Sequence record: PV764938.1
Reading direction: 5' to 3' (one strand)
Length of the DNA stretch: 64,000 nucleotides
Shown here: piece after piece, positions 54,683-64,000 of the stretch
Layout of the letters: every line of letters starts with the position of its first letter
Position numbering within the stretch: position 1 is the first letter of the stretch
Translations under genes and position numbers: made by a program
The notes under the pieces: generated by a model
What the model was told of the DNA's origin: nothing
Databases searched by the model: none
Seen by the model: only the letters and a program-made list of their open reading frames with translations

Positions 54683-56281
54683 ATGGCGAAAAGCTCAGGT
54701 GATATTGAAATTATCAAGAAGGGGTATCAAAAGGACCTCTTCACTAGGGAACGCGAAGAAGAACTTCTAAAGTGCTCAACGGATCCACTGTATTTCATTG
54801 AGAAATACGTGATGATTCAGCACCCAACGAAGGGTCGCGTTCCATTTCGTGTTTATCCGTTCCAGCGAGAACTCATTCGTGCATTTCACGAAAACCGCCG
54901 CGTAGTTGCGTTGACTGCCCGTCAGATGGGCAAGACGACTTGCGCTGCGGCTTTCTTGCTCTGGAAAGTTATGTTCGAACCAGACACCACTGTTTTGCTT
55001 GCTGCGAACAAGATGGTGCAGGCTCTCGAAATTATGGATCGTATCCGATTCGCTTATGAAAACCTAGAACAGTACAACTGGTTGCGCGCGGGTGTTACCG
55101 AATACAACAAAGGTACGCTAGGCTTTGATAATGGATCGCGTATTATCGCACGCGCTACCACTCCAGACGCTGGTCGTGGTCTCTCCATTACGCTGCTCTA
55201 TTTGGATGAGTTTGCGTTTGTTAAACCAAACATGGCTTCTGAATTCTGGGCTGCTATTCAGCCTACGTTGTCGACGGGTGGTGCGTGTATCGTAACATCT
55301 ACGCCGAACAACGACGAAGATCAGTTCGCACAAATCTGGCACGGTGCTAACCAAACACTGGATGAGTTCGGCAACGAGCTTCCTAATGGCCTCGGCGTAA
55401 ATGGCTTCCGTGGTATCGAGGTTAAGTGGGATCAGCATCCGGATCGTGACGAGCAGTGGGCGAAGGAATTCCGCGCAATGCTTGGTGCGGATAAGTTTGC
55501 TCGAGAGTTCGAATGCAAGTTCGTTACCGAAGACGAAACCCTCATCAACAACTTGACTCTTGCCGCGCTTAAAGGCGAAGACGAGCTGTTCAAGATTGGT
55601 GAAGTTCGCTGGTATCAGGAACCACAGCCCAATTGCGTCTACACGGTCGCACTGGATCCATCCTTGGGTACTGGTGGTGACTTTGCCGCGATTCAAGTCT
55701 TCGAGATGCCCAGCATGAATCAGGTTGCGGAATGGCGTCACAATAAGACTCCAATTCGTCAACAAATCTCGATCCTATTGGAAACCCTCAATTACATCTT
55801 CTTCACACTCATGGAGAGTGATGAGCAGGCGGGTGAACCCGAAATCTACTGGACCGTCGAAAACAACACGTTGGGTGAAGCCGCGCTGGTTGTCATTGAG
55901 GATACTGGTGAGGAAAACTTCCCAGGCGTATTCGTCCATGAGCCAAAGCGTTCCGGCGGCGGCCGTGGTCGTAAGGGCTTGAACACAACGAACAAGAGCA
56001 AGTTGGCTGCGGCATCCAAGCTGAAGTCACTTATTGAGTCTCGACGCACCGAAGTTAAGTCCAAGGCGCTGATCAGAGAGCTCAAGAACTTTGTTCGTGC
56101 TGGTGCAGGCTTTGCTGCGAAGTGGGGCGAAACCGACGATCTTATCTCGGGTTGCTTGCTCGTGATTCGTATCAGCCAGATGATCTCAGAGTGGGATCCA
56201 GATCTCGGCGAACGTCTCAAGGACATTGCAACTGCGGATGATTCCGAATTCAGTATGGCGCCACTACCGATCAGCTTCTAA
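54683..56281 (+). CDS. Terminase large subunit (T4 gp17-like)
   Basis: YPFQ, ARQMGKTT (Walker A), LYLDEFAFV (Walker B), TSTP, FAREFEC, DPSLG.GGD, VENN, TDDL. Confidence 0.95.
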   Translation: MAKSSGDIEIIKKGYQKDLFTREREEELLKCSTDPLYFIEKYVMIQHPTKGRVPFRVYPFQRELIRAFHENRRVVALTARQMGKTTCAAAFLLWKVMFEPDTTVLLAANKMVQALEIMDRIRFAYENLEQYNWLRAGVTEYNKGTLGFDNGSRIIARATTPDAGRGLSITLLYLDEFAFVKPNMASEFWAAIQPTLSTGGACIVTSTPNNDEDQFAQIWHGANQTLDEFGNELPNGLGVNGFRGIEVKWDQHPDRDEQWAKEFRAMLGADKFAREFECKFVTEDETLINNLTLAALKGEDELFKIGEVRWYQEPQPNCVYTVALDPSLGTGGDFAAIQVFEMPSMNQVAEWRHNKTPIRQQISILLETLNYIFFTLMESDEQAGEPEIYWTVENNTLGEAALVVIEDTGEENFPGVFVHEPKRSGGGRGRKGLNTTNKSKLAAASKLKSLIESRRTEVKSKALIRELKNFVRAGAGFAAKWGETDDLISGCLLVIRISQMISEWDPDLGERLKDIATADDSEFSMAPLPISF

Positions 56282-56311
56282 CTATAAATATGAAATAGTT
56301 AGGAGAAATAC

Positions 56312-59242
56312 ATGGCATCGTTGATTAGCTCAATGGCGAAGGAAATCTTCCAGATCCTTAAAGGGACTGGACGAACTCTTAGCCTTTTTGATGAACACGG
56401 TAACAAAGTATTCGAGCCTGAATCCGCTTTGAGTTTCTTCGCTGAACCCGACAAGCTGATGGTTTCCATTGATGCAAACGGGGCTGACTCTGCCCTAAAC
56501 ATGTATATCAGTGACTCCGCAGACGTCGATCAGATGAAGAAGATGATTGACAACATGCGCAACACTGCGACGCGTTTCAATTATCTGTTTAACATTCGCA
56601 AGTACGGTCGTGATTTGACTCCCAAGGATTTCGCATTCAAGGCTTTGCCGATGATGGAATCCATGTGGGGTTCTGCCAAGACAAGCTATCAGACAATTGG
56701 TTCTGCTAAGCTTATCGTGCGTCACTCCTCAAGAATCTCTGAAGAGATTCGCGGAGCTCGCAGCCGTCGGATTCATTCGATCTTTGTTGAAACCGCAAAT
56801 GGCGAACGCTTTCGCTGCCCTATGAACTCGCTTCATGGCGCACGCGCTTTTGCCAAGCATTTGGACGCCGGTGGGACACCAACGGACGACTTCTCCACAT
56901 ATATCTTCGCTGAATGCGATATGCAGGGCACGATGAATCGTGTTCGTCGTCATATCCGCAAAATCAAGGAAGCAAGCGAAGAAGTCACTAGCCTAGCAGA
57001 AACTCTTCAGCGTGTAGTTGAAGACTCTAAGAAGCGCATTAGCCGTAGCAAGGGTAATCGCTTCTACACGGGTATTGTTGAACAGATCACCAATGCTCCA
57101 AACCATGTTGGTCCACTTGCAAGCGAAATCGCAGAGCAAGTCGAGCATCTCCAAGGTCTGCTTGGCATCGATGAAACCAGTTCGCTGTTTCCTATTCTGG
57201 AATCCGTAGCGAAAACACTATTGGAAACAAAGCAAATGGATCCTATTAATTTCGAAGAAGAAACCCTACTACAAACCTACGTGTTTGAAAACGAAGACGC
57301 AATTGCAGATCTTATTGAATCCCTAGTTGGTGAGTTTGGCTTTGAAGAAGGCGTTCACTTTGAGCGTTTCGAGGCAAACGGTGTTGCCATGTTGAGCGAA
57401 GAAGCTCTTGACGGCGCAACAATGTACCTGCAGGGCTTTGATGGTTTCACACTCCAGGAAACACCGCAGGACAAGTTCCTCGCTTATGCAACACAGTGGC
57501 TTTCCACTCGTTTCAAGAAGGCCGGCATGGATGCTCGTGAAATTGAGCAAGCCGATCTGCAGAAGCAAGCTACGGAACTCGCAACTGGTCTCAAGCAGGT
57601 AGTTGCTGGCGCGCTCAGCGTAAAGGTCAAGGCAGGCGATTCCCCACGTTTCGCTAACCCAGCCGCTGCAATCGCTTACAAGCTGGATAAGTTGCTTGCT
57701 CCGGGTTCGGGTCTCGGCAATGACGCTCTCTGGAACTTTGTCAGCACAATCAGTGACAAGATCGGTCACGGTGATTCGCTCGACGCTAACGAACGTTTCT
57801 TCGCACAGAAGCTCGCTGACGTTGTTGATAAGGCTTCGGTTGCTGAAGACGCAATCCTGCCGGAAATGAATGAGCTCGAAGAGTGGATCGGTCAATTCGA
57901 CGAGGCACGTTTCAGCATCGACAACAACCCATACGACATGGATGCAGAAGAAGTTTACGCCGCAAAGCATGGCACATATATGCCATCCCAGGAACAGTTC
58001 GAACGCACAGTTGCCAAGTTCAAGTTCGCTGACTTCATTGCGGATCGTGGTTCGGATCTCGAAGGTTATGAATCCGGTCAGTATAAGGAACTTCCAGTTG
58101 AGGATCGCACATACAGCCGCAACTATATCACGGATATGGTCGAAGGCTACCTCGCACACATTCTCGACATCGACGTTCATGACCTCTCACAGTATGAGTA
58201 TCAGATCGACGATCTCGTTGATGACGTTGTTCCGGCACTTGAACAGCTTGGTTTCGTAATCACGCTCCATGAGGAATTCGACCTGACAGTTTTCGAGAGC
58301 GATCTCGATGAAGCAGAAGGTGGTATGAACCCAGCGATCAAGGAACTCGTAGTTAAGGCTCTTTCGGAAATTGACTCCGGTGACTTCTACGGAATTGTCA
58401 GTGGTGACGATGCCGACGACGATCTGTACCAGCTGCTTCATGCGCTGAAGGCACGCATTGCCAACGATCTGGATCTCACAGATTATGCTGAAGAGATCAA
58501 GCAGATGGCTTATTCGGCATGGACGCAGGACTGGAACAAGAACGAATCGCTTGAAGAAGCCGGTAACTATCCGGATGACTACAACGACGCTCGTAACCCA
58601 CATTCGGCTGCTGGTCCAAGCGATGCCCTAGATGGCGAAGTCGTAGACGCAATTCACGATGTTGTTGGTAATCCGCCGAAGGATTCGACACTGGCGAAGG
58701 TAACCGCAGAGTGGTTCGATGGTGAAGCAGATGACGATCTATTTGCGGATCTGGTCGGTGATGTGCTCTATTACGCGGGTAACGAAGTTGATCGTTCCTA
58801 CGATAACGAAGAAGGCACCAACTACATCAAGGACTACGAAGAAGAGTTCAAGAAGTTGGCTCTTGGTCTTCTCCAGAAGAAGTACGCAAAGGTCGAAGAA
58901 GGTCGCAGCGACATTCAGGATTCCGCACGTATCTCGCTCTTGCAGCTCAAGGACACAGTTCCAAGCTTTGTCCAGAAGGCAAGTGACGATGCTTCTGTAG
59001 ACGATATCTTCGCTGCTATGGAAGAGTTCTACATGGATTCCCGCACTATGGGTCCGCTGCTCTACACGAACGAGCGTCAGATCAAGAGCGAAATCGCTAA
59101 GAACCTCGGCGTGACAACTGAATCCGAAGAAGCAATTGCAGGCGCGGATCAGGGGGACGATTTCGTCTCGGATATCACCTACAAGGGTGACACGGATGAG
59201 GCCGAACACATCGCACGTTTGCGTAAATTGGCTGGCATTTAA
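56312..59242 (+). CDS. 976-aa late protein, putative internal head/core protein
   Basis: TATAAATA at 56283-56290; acidic modular C-terminal half; ends IARLRKLAGI. Confidence 0.55.
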   Translation: MASLISSMAKEIFQILKGTGRTLSLFDEHGNKVFEPESALSFFAEPDKLMVSIDANGADSALNMYISDSADVDQMKKMIDNMRNTATRFNYLFNIRKYGRDLTPKDFAFKALPMMESMWGSAKTSYQTIGSAKLIVRHSSRISEEIRGARSRRIHSIFVETANGERFRCPMNSLHGARAFAKHLDAGGTPTDDFSTYIFAECDMQGTMNRVRRHIRKIKEASEEVTSLAETLQRVVEDSKKRISRSKGNRFYTGIVEQITNAPNHVGPLASEIAEQVEHLQGLLGIDETSSLFPILESVAKTLLETKQMDPINFEEETLLQTYVFENEDAIADLIESLVGEFGFEEGVHFERFEANGVAMLSEEALDGATMYLQGFDGFTLQETPQDKFLAYATQWLSTRFKKAGMDAREIEQADLQKQATELATGLKQVVAGALSVKVKAGDSPRFANPAAAIAYKLDKLLAPGSGLGNDALWNFVSTISDKIGHGDSLDANERFFAQKLADVVDKASVAEDAILPEMNELEEWIGQFDEARFSIDNNPYDMDAEEVYAAKHGTYMPSQEQFERTVAKFKFADFIADRGSDLEGYESGQYKELPVEDRTYSRNYITDMVEGYLAHILDIDVHDLSQYEYQIDDLVDDVVPALEQLGFVITLHEEFDLTVFESDLDEAEGGMNPAIKELVVKALSEIDSGDFYGIVSGDDADDDLYQLLHALKARIANDLDLTDYAEEIKQMAYSAWTQDWNKNESLEEAGNYPDDYNDARNPHSAAGPSDALDGEVVDAIHDVVGNPPKDSTLAKVTAEWFDGEADDDLFADLVGDVLYYAGNEVDRSYDNEEGTNYIKDYEEEFKKLALGLLQKKYAKVEEGRSDIQDSARISLLQLKDTVPSFVQKASDDASVDDIFAAMEEFYMDSRTMGPLLYTNERQIKSEIAKNLGVTTESEEAIAGADQGDDFVSDITYKGDTDEAEHIARLRKLAGI

Positions 59243-59284
59243 TTAAAAGAATATTGAAACCAGAGTTTCTGGTTTGCTATAAAG

Positions 59285-59321
59285 AGAGGACGGGAAAGAA
59301 GCTCCCGTCCTCTTTGTATTT
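59285..59321 (+). terminator. Intrinsic terminator
   Basis: AGAGGACGGGA-AAGAAGC-TCCCGTCCTCT-TTGTATTTT. Confidence 0.75.
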
Positions 59322-59499
59322 TGAGGTTGGACAAAATAGATAAATTTTTAGGAATTTAAATATTGATAGTTCGTCCAGGTATAAATACAATGTGAATACA
59401 ATAGGTTAACAAGAACCGAGTGTTCTCAATAATAAGAAAAACAACACCTATATTGGCTCTTTATAAGACTCATAATAAGGCTCAAGGAGAAAAATAAAA

Positions 59500-60516
59500 A
59501 TGGCTACTCTTGACGAAATTCGCGCAAAGCTCCAGTCTCAACAGGCTCGTGGCGAGAACAAAGGTGGCGGTGGTGACCGCGCAATGTTCCCATTCTGGAA
59601 CACACCTGAAGGACAATCCTCTACAATTCGTTTTCTTCCAGACGCTGATCCATCCAACACGTTTTTCTGGGTTGAACGCTTGGTCATCAAGCTTCCATTC
59701 CAGGGCGTAAAGGGCGGCGACGACAAGGAAGTAATCGTTCAGGTCCCTTGCATGGAAATGTACGGTGAATCCTGCCCGATCATCTCCGAGACCCGTCCTT
59801 GGTGGAAGGATCCGGAACTGCAGGCTGTTGCCCGCAAGTATTGGAAGAAGAAGTCCTACCTGTTCCAGGGCTTTGTTGTAAACTCTGGCTTCGAAGAGAA
59901 GGAACTCCCAGAGAACCCAATCCGTCGTTTTGCTATCAATAGCTCGATCTTCGATATCATCAAGTCGTCCTTGATGAACCCTGAAATGGAAGATCTTCCG
60001 ATTGACTACCAGAACGGTCGCGATTTCAAGCTGACCAAGACAACAAAGGGTCAGTTTGCAAACTACTCGACTTCTAACTGGTCGTTCAAGACTCGTCCGC
60101 TCAACGCTGTTGAAGCTGGCGCAATTGAACAGCATGGTCTCTTCAACCTGAAGGAATTCCTTCCGAAGAAGCCGGACGCTGCTGAACTGAACGCAATCAA
60201 GGAAATGTTCCAGGCCTCCGTTAACCAGGAAGCTTACGATGCAGATCGTTGGGGCAACTTCTACAAGCCGTTCGGTCTCAACACGGGCAACTCCGCAGAC
60301 CGTGACGAGGATGGTTTCGCACGTAACACTGGCGCTTCTAGCGCACCAAGTGCAGGCGCAAGCGACATCCTGAGCCGCCTCAGCGCAAAGCAGGCTGCTC
60401 CAGTTGCTGAAGACGAAGATGAAACACCGGTAGCTCCTTCGGCTCCGGCAGCATCCGGCGCTAAGCCAGATGCACAGGAAATCCTGCGTCGTATTCGCGA
60501 GCGTCAGGGCAACTAA
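59500..60516 (+). CDS. Single-stranded DNA-binding protein (T4 gp32-like)
   Basis: IRFLPD, VPC.EMYGESCPI, ARKYWKKKSY, GRDFKLTKT.KG.FANYSTS, acidic tail. Confidence 0.92.
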   Translation: MATLDEIRAKLQSQQARGENKGGGGDRAMFPFWNTPEGQSSTIRFLPDADPSNTFFWVERLVIKLPFQGVKGGDDKEVIVQVPCMEMYGESCPIISETRPWWKDPELQAVARKYWKKKSYLFQGFVVNSGFEEKELPENPIRRFAINSSIFDIIKSSLMNPEMEDLPIDYQNGRDFKLTKTTKGQFANYSTSNWSFKTRPLNAVEAGAIEQHGLFNLKEFLPKKPDAAELNAIKEMFQASVNQEAYDADRWGNFYKPFGLNTGNSADRDEDGFARNTGASSAPSAGASDILSRLSAKQAAPVAEDEDETPVAPSAPAASGAKPDAQEILRRIRERQGN

Positions 60517-60594
60517 TCCTAAGTGGGGAGTGAAACACCTCCCCACGGTTTCCCTAAAAACAATAATAAAAACAATCTCATATTAGGAGATGAC

Positions 60595-61701
60595 ATGAAA
60601 CCTATGGATTTTTCAAAGTTCCGCAAGGATATCACCAAGTCGCTTGACGGTATTTCGGTTGGGTTTAACGACCCCAAATACTGGGTATCCACCGGCAACT
60701 ACGCCTTGAACTACGCGGTAAGCTCGGACTTTACTAAGGGTATTCCTCTGGGTAAGGTAACGATGCTTGCAGGTCAGTCCGGTTCTGGCAAGTCGTACAT
60801 CGCGTCGGGTAACCTCGCACGCAACGCACAACAGGCCGGTTATTTCGTGGTCATTATTGACTCCGAAAACGCACTTGACTCTGATTGGCTCGAAGCTCTG
60901 GGCGTAAGCACGGACGACGACAAGCTGCTCAAGATCAACGTTGCGATGATTGACGACGTTGCGAAGATTGTTTCGGACTTCATGAAGGACTTCAAGTCCA
61001 ACTACAAGGATCTGTCTCGTGAAGAGCGCCCGAAGGTTCTCTTTATTGTTGACTCCTTGGGTATGCTTTTGACCCCAACTGACGTTAACCAGTTCGAAGC
61101 TGGTGAAATGAAGGGCGACATGGGTCGTAAGCCGAAGGCACTGAACGCACTCGTGCGTAACTGTGTCAACATGTTCGGTGAATGGGATGTTGGTCTCGTA
61201 GCAACGAACCACTCCTATGCGTCTCAGGACATGTTCGATCCCGATGACAAGATCACCGGCGGTCAGGGCTTCATCTACGCAAGCTCCATCGTTATGGCAA
61301 TGCGTAAGCTGAAGCTTAAGGAAGACGCAAACGGAAACAAAGTCGCGGAAGTCCGTGGTATTCGTTCGCAGATTAAAGTAATGAAGTCGCGTTATGCGAA
61401 GCCATTCGAATCTGTGGAAGTAAAGATTCCGTGGGATACTGGTATGGACCCTTACTCGGGCTTGCTCGATATGTTTGAGGCCAAGCAGTACGTGGTCAAG
61501 GACGGTAATAAGCTCAAGTATGTTGCGCTGGATGGTACTGAACACAAGTATTTCCGCAAGCAATACACGAACGAGATTCTGGACATGATCATGGAAGAGT
61601 TCCCAGAACAAGAGCGTCGTCGCGACGAAGCAGAAGCTGCTCGTCTTGCAGCAGAAGCATTGGCCGAACAGGCTGAAGCACAGGCTGCTGGAGAGGAATA
61701 A
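60595..61701 (+). CDS. uvsX: RecA-like recombinase
   Basis: STGNYALNY, AGQSGSGKS, IDSENA, IVDSLG, GDMGRK, TNHSY, GG.GFIYASS, KSRY.KPF. Confidence 0.92.
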   Translation: MKPMDFSKFRKDITKSLDGISVGFNDPKYWVSTGNYALNYAVSSDFTKGIPLGKVTMLAGQSGSGKSYIASGNLARNAQQAGYFVVIIDSENALDSDWLEALGVSTDDDKLLKINVAMIDDVAKIVSDFMKDFKSNYKDLSREERPKVLFIVDSLGMLLTPTDVNQFEAGEMKGDMGRKPKALNALVRNCVNMFGEWDVGLVATNHSYASQDMFDPDDKITGGQGFIYASSIVMAMRKLKLKEDANGNKVAEVRGIRSQIKVMKSRYAKPFESVEVKIPWDTGMDPYSGLLDMFEAKQYVVKDGNKLKYVALDGTEHKYFRKQYTNEILDMIMEEFPEQERRRDEAEAARLAAEALAEQAEAQAAGEE

Positions 61702-61807
61702 TCCTCTCCCTGTGTGTAAATACGCACACGATAGGTAATTGGCAAAGGCCATCGCTGCAACTCATCGGTGGCCTTTTCCATGGTAATTTGAAATAGGAAT
61801 ACAGAAA

Positions 61808-62041
61808 ATGGGCAGTGAAAGTGAACTCGTTCTGGGACTTTGGGAAGCATTTCGCGATGTTATCCCGGCCAGCAAGCGAGAAGATGCAGCAAACAAAATG
61901 CTAAAGATCCTCGAGGATTGGGTTGATATCGAGGACGCAGCGAAGCAGTTGCAGGGTGAAGATACGTATTTGGACAGAGCCTTCGAACACTACGTCGAAA
62001 CCGACGAAGACGAGGACGAAGATTACGACGATTACGAATAA
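61808..62041 (+). CDS. Small acidic hypothetical protein
   Basis: 77 aa with D/E tail, between uvsX and uvsY. Confidence 0.65.
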   Translation: MGSESELVLGLWEAFRDVIPASKREDAANKMLKILEDWVDIEDAAKQLQGEDTYLDRAFEHYVETDEDEDEDYDDYE

Positions 62042-62112
62042 TGACATAGGACTACTTACCGCGTTAAGGTAAGAAAAAACACCTGTCACAAGTTGAAAGT
62101 TGAAGGCCAATA

Positions 62113-62580
62113 ATGAGCAAATGGTACGGAAAAATCACATCGACACCTGATGATCTGTCCATCCTAGTGGATGCAGTTCTCTATTTCGAAAACGAAATCG
62201 AAATGGCAAAGCATGAGGTAAAGCTCAAGGGCTCCGTCGAGAAGTCGAGCGCACAGCTCCCCGGTATCGTTGAGCATCGGTTCAACCAGTACCAAGAGGT
62301 CGAGGCCATTCTCAAGTATTTGGAAATTAAACACACCAAAGCCAAGTCCGCAGCTTTCAAGCGTTTTCTCGAAAACTACAATCGCACACTCAGCAGCCGT
62401 GATGCAGCAATTTACGCGGACGCAGACTCCGACGTCATTGAGCTTGCAATGCTGATCAACCAAGTTGCGCTCGTGCGTAACACCTACATGGGTGTCATGA
62501 AGGGTCTCGAATACAAGCATTGGCAGATCAACAACATTGTCAAGTTAAAGGTCGCCGGCATGGAAGACTTCGAGGTCTGA
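62113..62580 (+). CDS. uvsY: Recombination mediator, UvsY-like
   Basis: F..FLENYNR.LSSRDA..Y.D...D......NQVAL.RN...G.MKGL..K.WQINNIVKL..AGMED. Confidence 0.8.
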   Translation: MSKWYGKITSTPDDLSILVDAVLYFENEIEMAKHEVKLKGSVEKSSAQLPGIVEHRFNQYQEVEAILKYLEIKHTKAKSAAFKRFLENYNRTLSSRDAAIYADADSDVIELAMLINQVALVRNTYMGVMKGLEYKHWQINNIVKLKVAGMEDFEV

Positions 62581-62618
62581 GGTTGACATCCAGAAGCGTC
62601 GGCAACTAGGAGAATATC

Positions 62619-63122
62619 ATGCTTTTTGTTGCCGACGCCGACTTTGTCCAAAAGACGCAAAGCCAAGATCTTGGAGCTGTTGCCGAACAATTCGATGGCA
62701 TTGCGGTGATTGAACGCTGCGATACGTTCGACGATCCCGGCTCATATATCCACTTCATGGATATCCCAGATGAATGGGTGGCACCACGCAAACTGCTGGT
62801 GAATCAAACGGGTAACCTCCTCTACAAGCCCTACAACACTGACCATCTCGATGAAGACCTTCTGGCTCAGTATTGGGAGATCAAACAGTACGACATCCAG
62901 TTCCGCTACGCTATAATGTCGTACGAACCCTACTTGACTCGTAAGGGCCGATATGCGTTGCAAACGCATATGTGGCAGACTCTGATATTTTTTAATTTTG
63001 ACTCTAGCGCGGACGCCGTGTTAGCAAAATTGAGTACAGACGACCTTAGGAGCATTAGCGTTGAAGACTATCGAAGATTGCTTGGAGAAATTGGACAACC
63101 TTCAGTCCATCTTTCCGTATAA
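62619..63122 (+). CDS. Hypothetical protein
   Basis: AGGAG RBS; C-terminal FNFDSSADAVLAKL resembles the dispersed family. Confidence 0.6.
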   Translation: MLFVADADFVQKTQSQDLGAVAEQFDGIAVIERCDTFDDPGSYIHFMDIPDEWVAPRKLLVNQTGNLLYKPYNTDHLDEDLLAQYWEIKQYDIQFRYAIMSYEPYLTRKGRYALQTHMWQTLIFFNFDSSADAVLAKLSTDDLRSISVEDYRRLLGEIGQPSVHLSV

Positions 63123-63729
63123 TCCTCCTCCGGGTTCGATCCATCCCACAAAACTCATTTCACAGTGGGATCAGAAATTCATCTCCGATGTTTCCACGCA
63201 CACGGTTCGTGGTTCCCCTTTGAGTTCCGCGCAAGCCGCGTTGACGCTCAAGATCCTCAACAAATACACGTCACTGTTCTCGGGTAACGATCGCACCAAT
63301 GTTGAGTCCCTGATTAAGCATCCGATTTACCGCCGCGAGCTTTACCAAAGCATTGCAGTGGAACGCGAAGTACGTTGGGCTGGTGGTGCAACTCTGTTGT
63401 TCCGCTGCCAGTACAATGCAATCGTGATGAGTGACCTCAAGTACATTAGTTGTGCGCTGGATACGATCATCGAGAAGCGCATGATCAAGGGCATGAAGAC
63501 TTGGAAAATCGTAGTCGACGATTCCAATTACAAGGAGATCATGAACTTCGTAAAGAAGCACAACTTCGCCTTTGACGATGGTGTGCTCGAATTGTTCATG
63601 CACATCAACAATCACGTCGATGACGAACCTGCAATCCGTGTCGTAGACGGCGAGATCCAAGTAGAAATCAACAATGATGTCCTCTCCACGCTGTGGATTG
63701 AGGAAATGGAATGGCTGCGAAATGTTTGA
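63061..63729 (+). CDS. Hypothetical protein
   Basis: 222 aa, AGGAG RBS with TTG start. Confidence 0.6.
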   Translation: MKTIEDCLEKLDNLQSIFPYNPPPGSIHPTKLISQWDQKFISDVSTHTVRGSPLSSAQAALTLKILNKYTSLFSGNDRTNVESLIKHPIYRRELYQSIAVEREVRWAGGATLLFRCQYNAIVMSDLKYISCALDTIIEKRMIKGMKTWKIVVDDSNYKEIMNFVKKHNFAFDDGVLELFMHINNHVDDEPAIRVVDGEIQVEINNDVLSTLWIEEMEWLRNV

Positions 63730-64000
63730 GAGAACTTCATATCCGCTAACCGGCAAGTGGGCCAGGCATCTCCTTCGCTTATCAAATGCTTCAAAGATAC
63801 CCGTAGATGCATCGCTACGCGAAGTAGCGAAACAACGTAGCTACGACGTATCAATGGTTCCTGCGCATCTCAAGTTCTCCCGTAAAGAATACGACGCTAT
63901 CCAATACCTATTGGACTGGAATTGCCGTGCCATCCTGTTGGATCACAAGGGTATCAGCTATTCCCGCCACATCTCGCTGTTGGGTGCGCAACTGTTGGAA
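63722..64000 (+). CDS. Partial ORF, possibly a degenerate SNF2-like helicase N-terminus
   Basis: Open to the window end; EYDAIQYLLDWNCRAILLDHKGISYSR resembles SNF2 YQ.EG..L....GILADEMGLGKT. Confidence 0.35.
   Translation, partial: MFERTSYPLTGKWARHLLRLSNASKIPVDASLREVAKQRSYDVSMVPAHLKFSRKEYDAIQYLLDWNCRAILLDHKGISYSRHISLLGAQLLE

Noticed and set aside
48531-56281. Inteins or introns in nrdA and terminase
   Set aside because: Both ORFs are compact and continuous, with no intein splice motifs or endonuclease insertions.
1-64000. tRNA genes and stop-codon reassignment
   Set aside because: No cloverleaf with T-loop and anticodon arm was found in the intergenic gaps, and core genes are full length under the standard code.

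Overview
A 64-kb segment of a T4-related jumbo myophage, probably infecting Alphaproteobacteria (alphaproteobacterial-type PncB and a DUF4170-like gene), in the standard genetic code. Core genes: tail sheath, tail tube, gp15-like tail completion, gp13/gp14-like neck, gp4-like head completion, large terminase, lysozyme, tail fibres, nrdB-nrdA-glutaredoxin, dNMP kinase, gp32-like SSB, UvsX and UvsY. Structural genes sit behind TAAATA late promoters; islands of small genes sit behind sigma70-type promoters. Main candidates for undescribed biology: (1) a complete deamidating NAD+ salvage route (pncA, pncB, nadM, nadE plus a Nudix hydrolase), distinct from NARP1/NARP2; (2) a ~770-nt ORF-less, densely base-paired transcription unit about 1.3 kb upstream of a Ro60/TROVE gene; (3) an Ig-repeat scaffold whose internal domains lack their last two beta-strands, followed by two beta-propeller proteins that begin with exactly those strands; (4) a Gly-Gly-terminated small protein coupled to a Cys-containing partner; (5) a degenerate terminase-ATPase paralog; (6) late promoters placed inside hairpins that occlude ribosome-binding sites. 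All family assignments come from motif recognition by eye; no searches were run. No tRNAs, CRISPR arrays or transposases were recognised.
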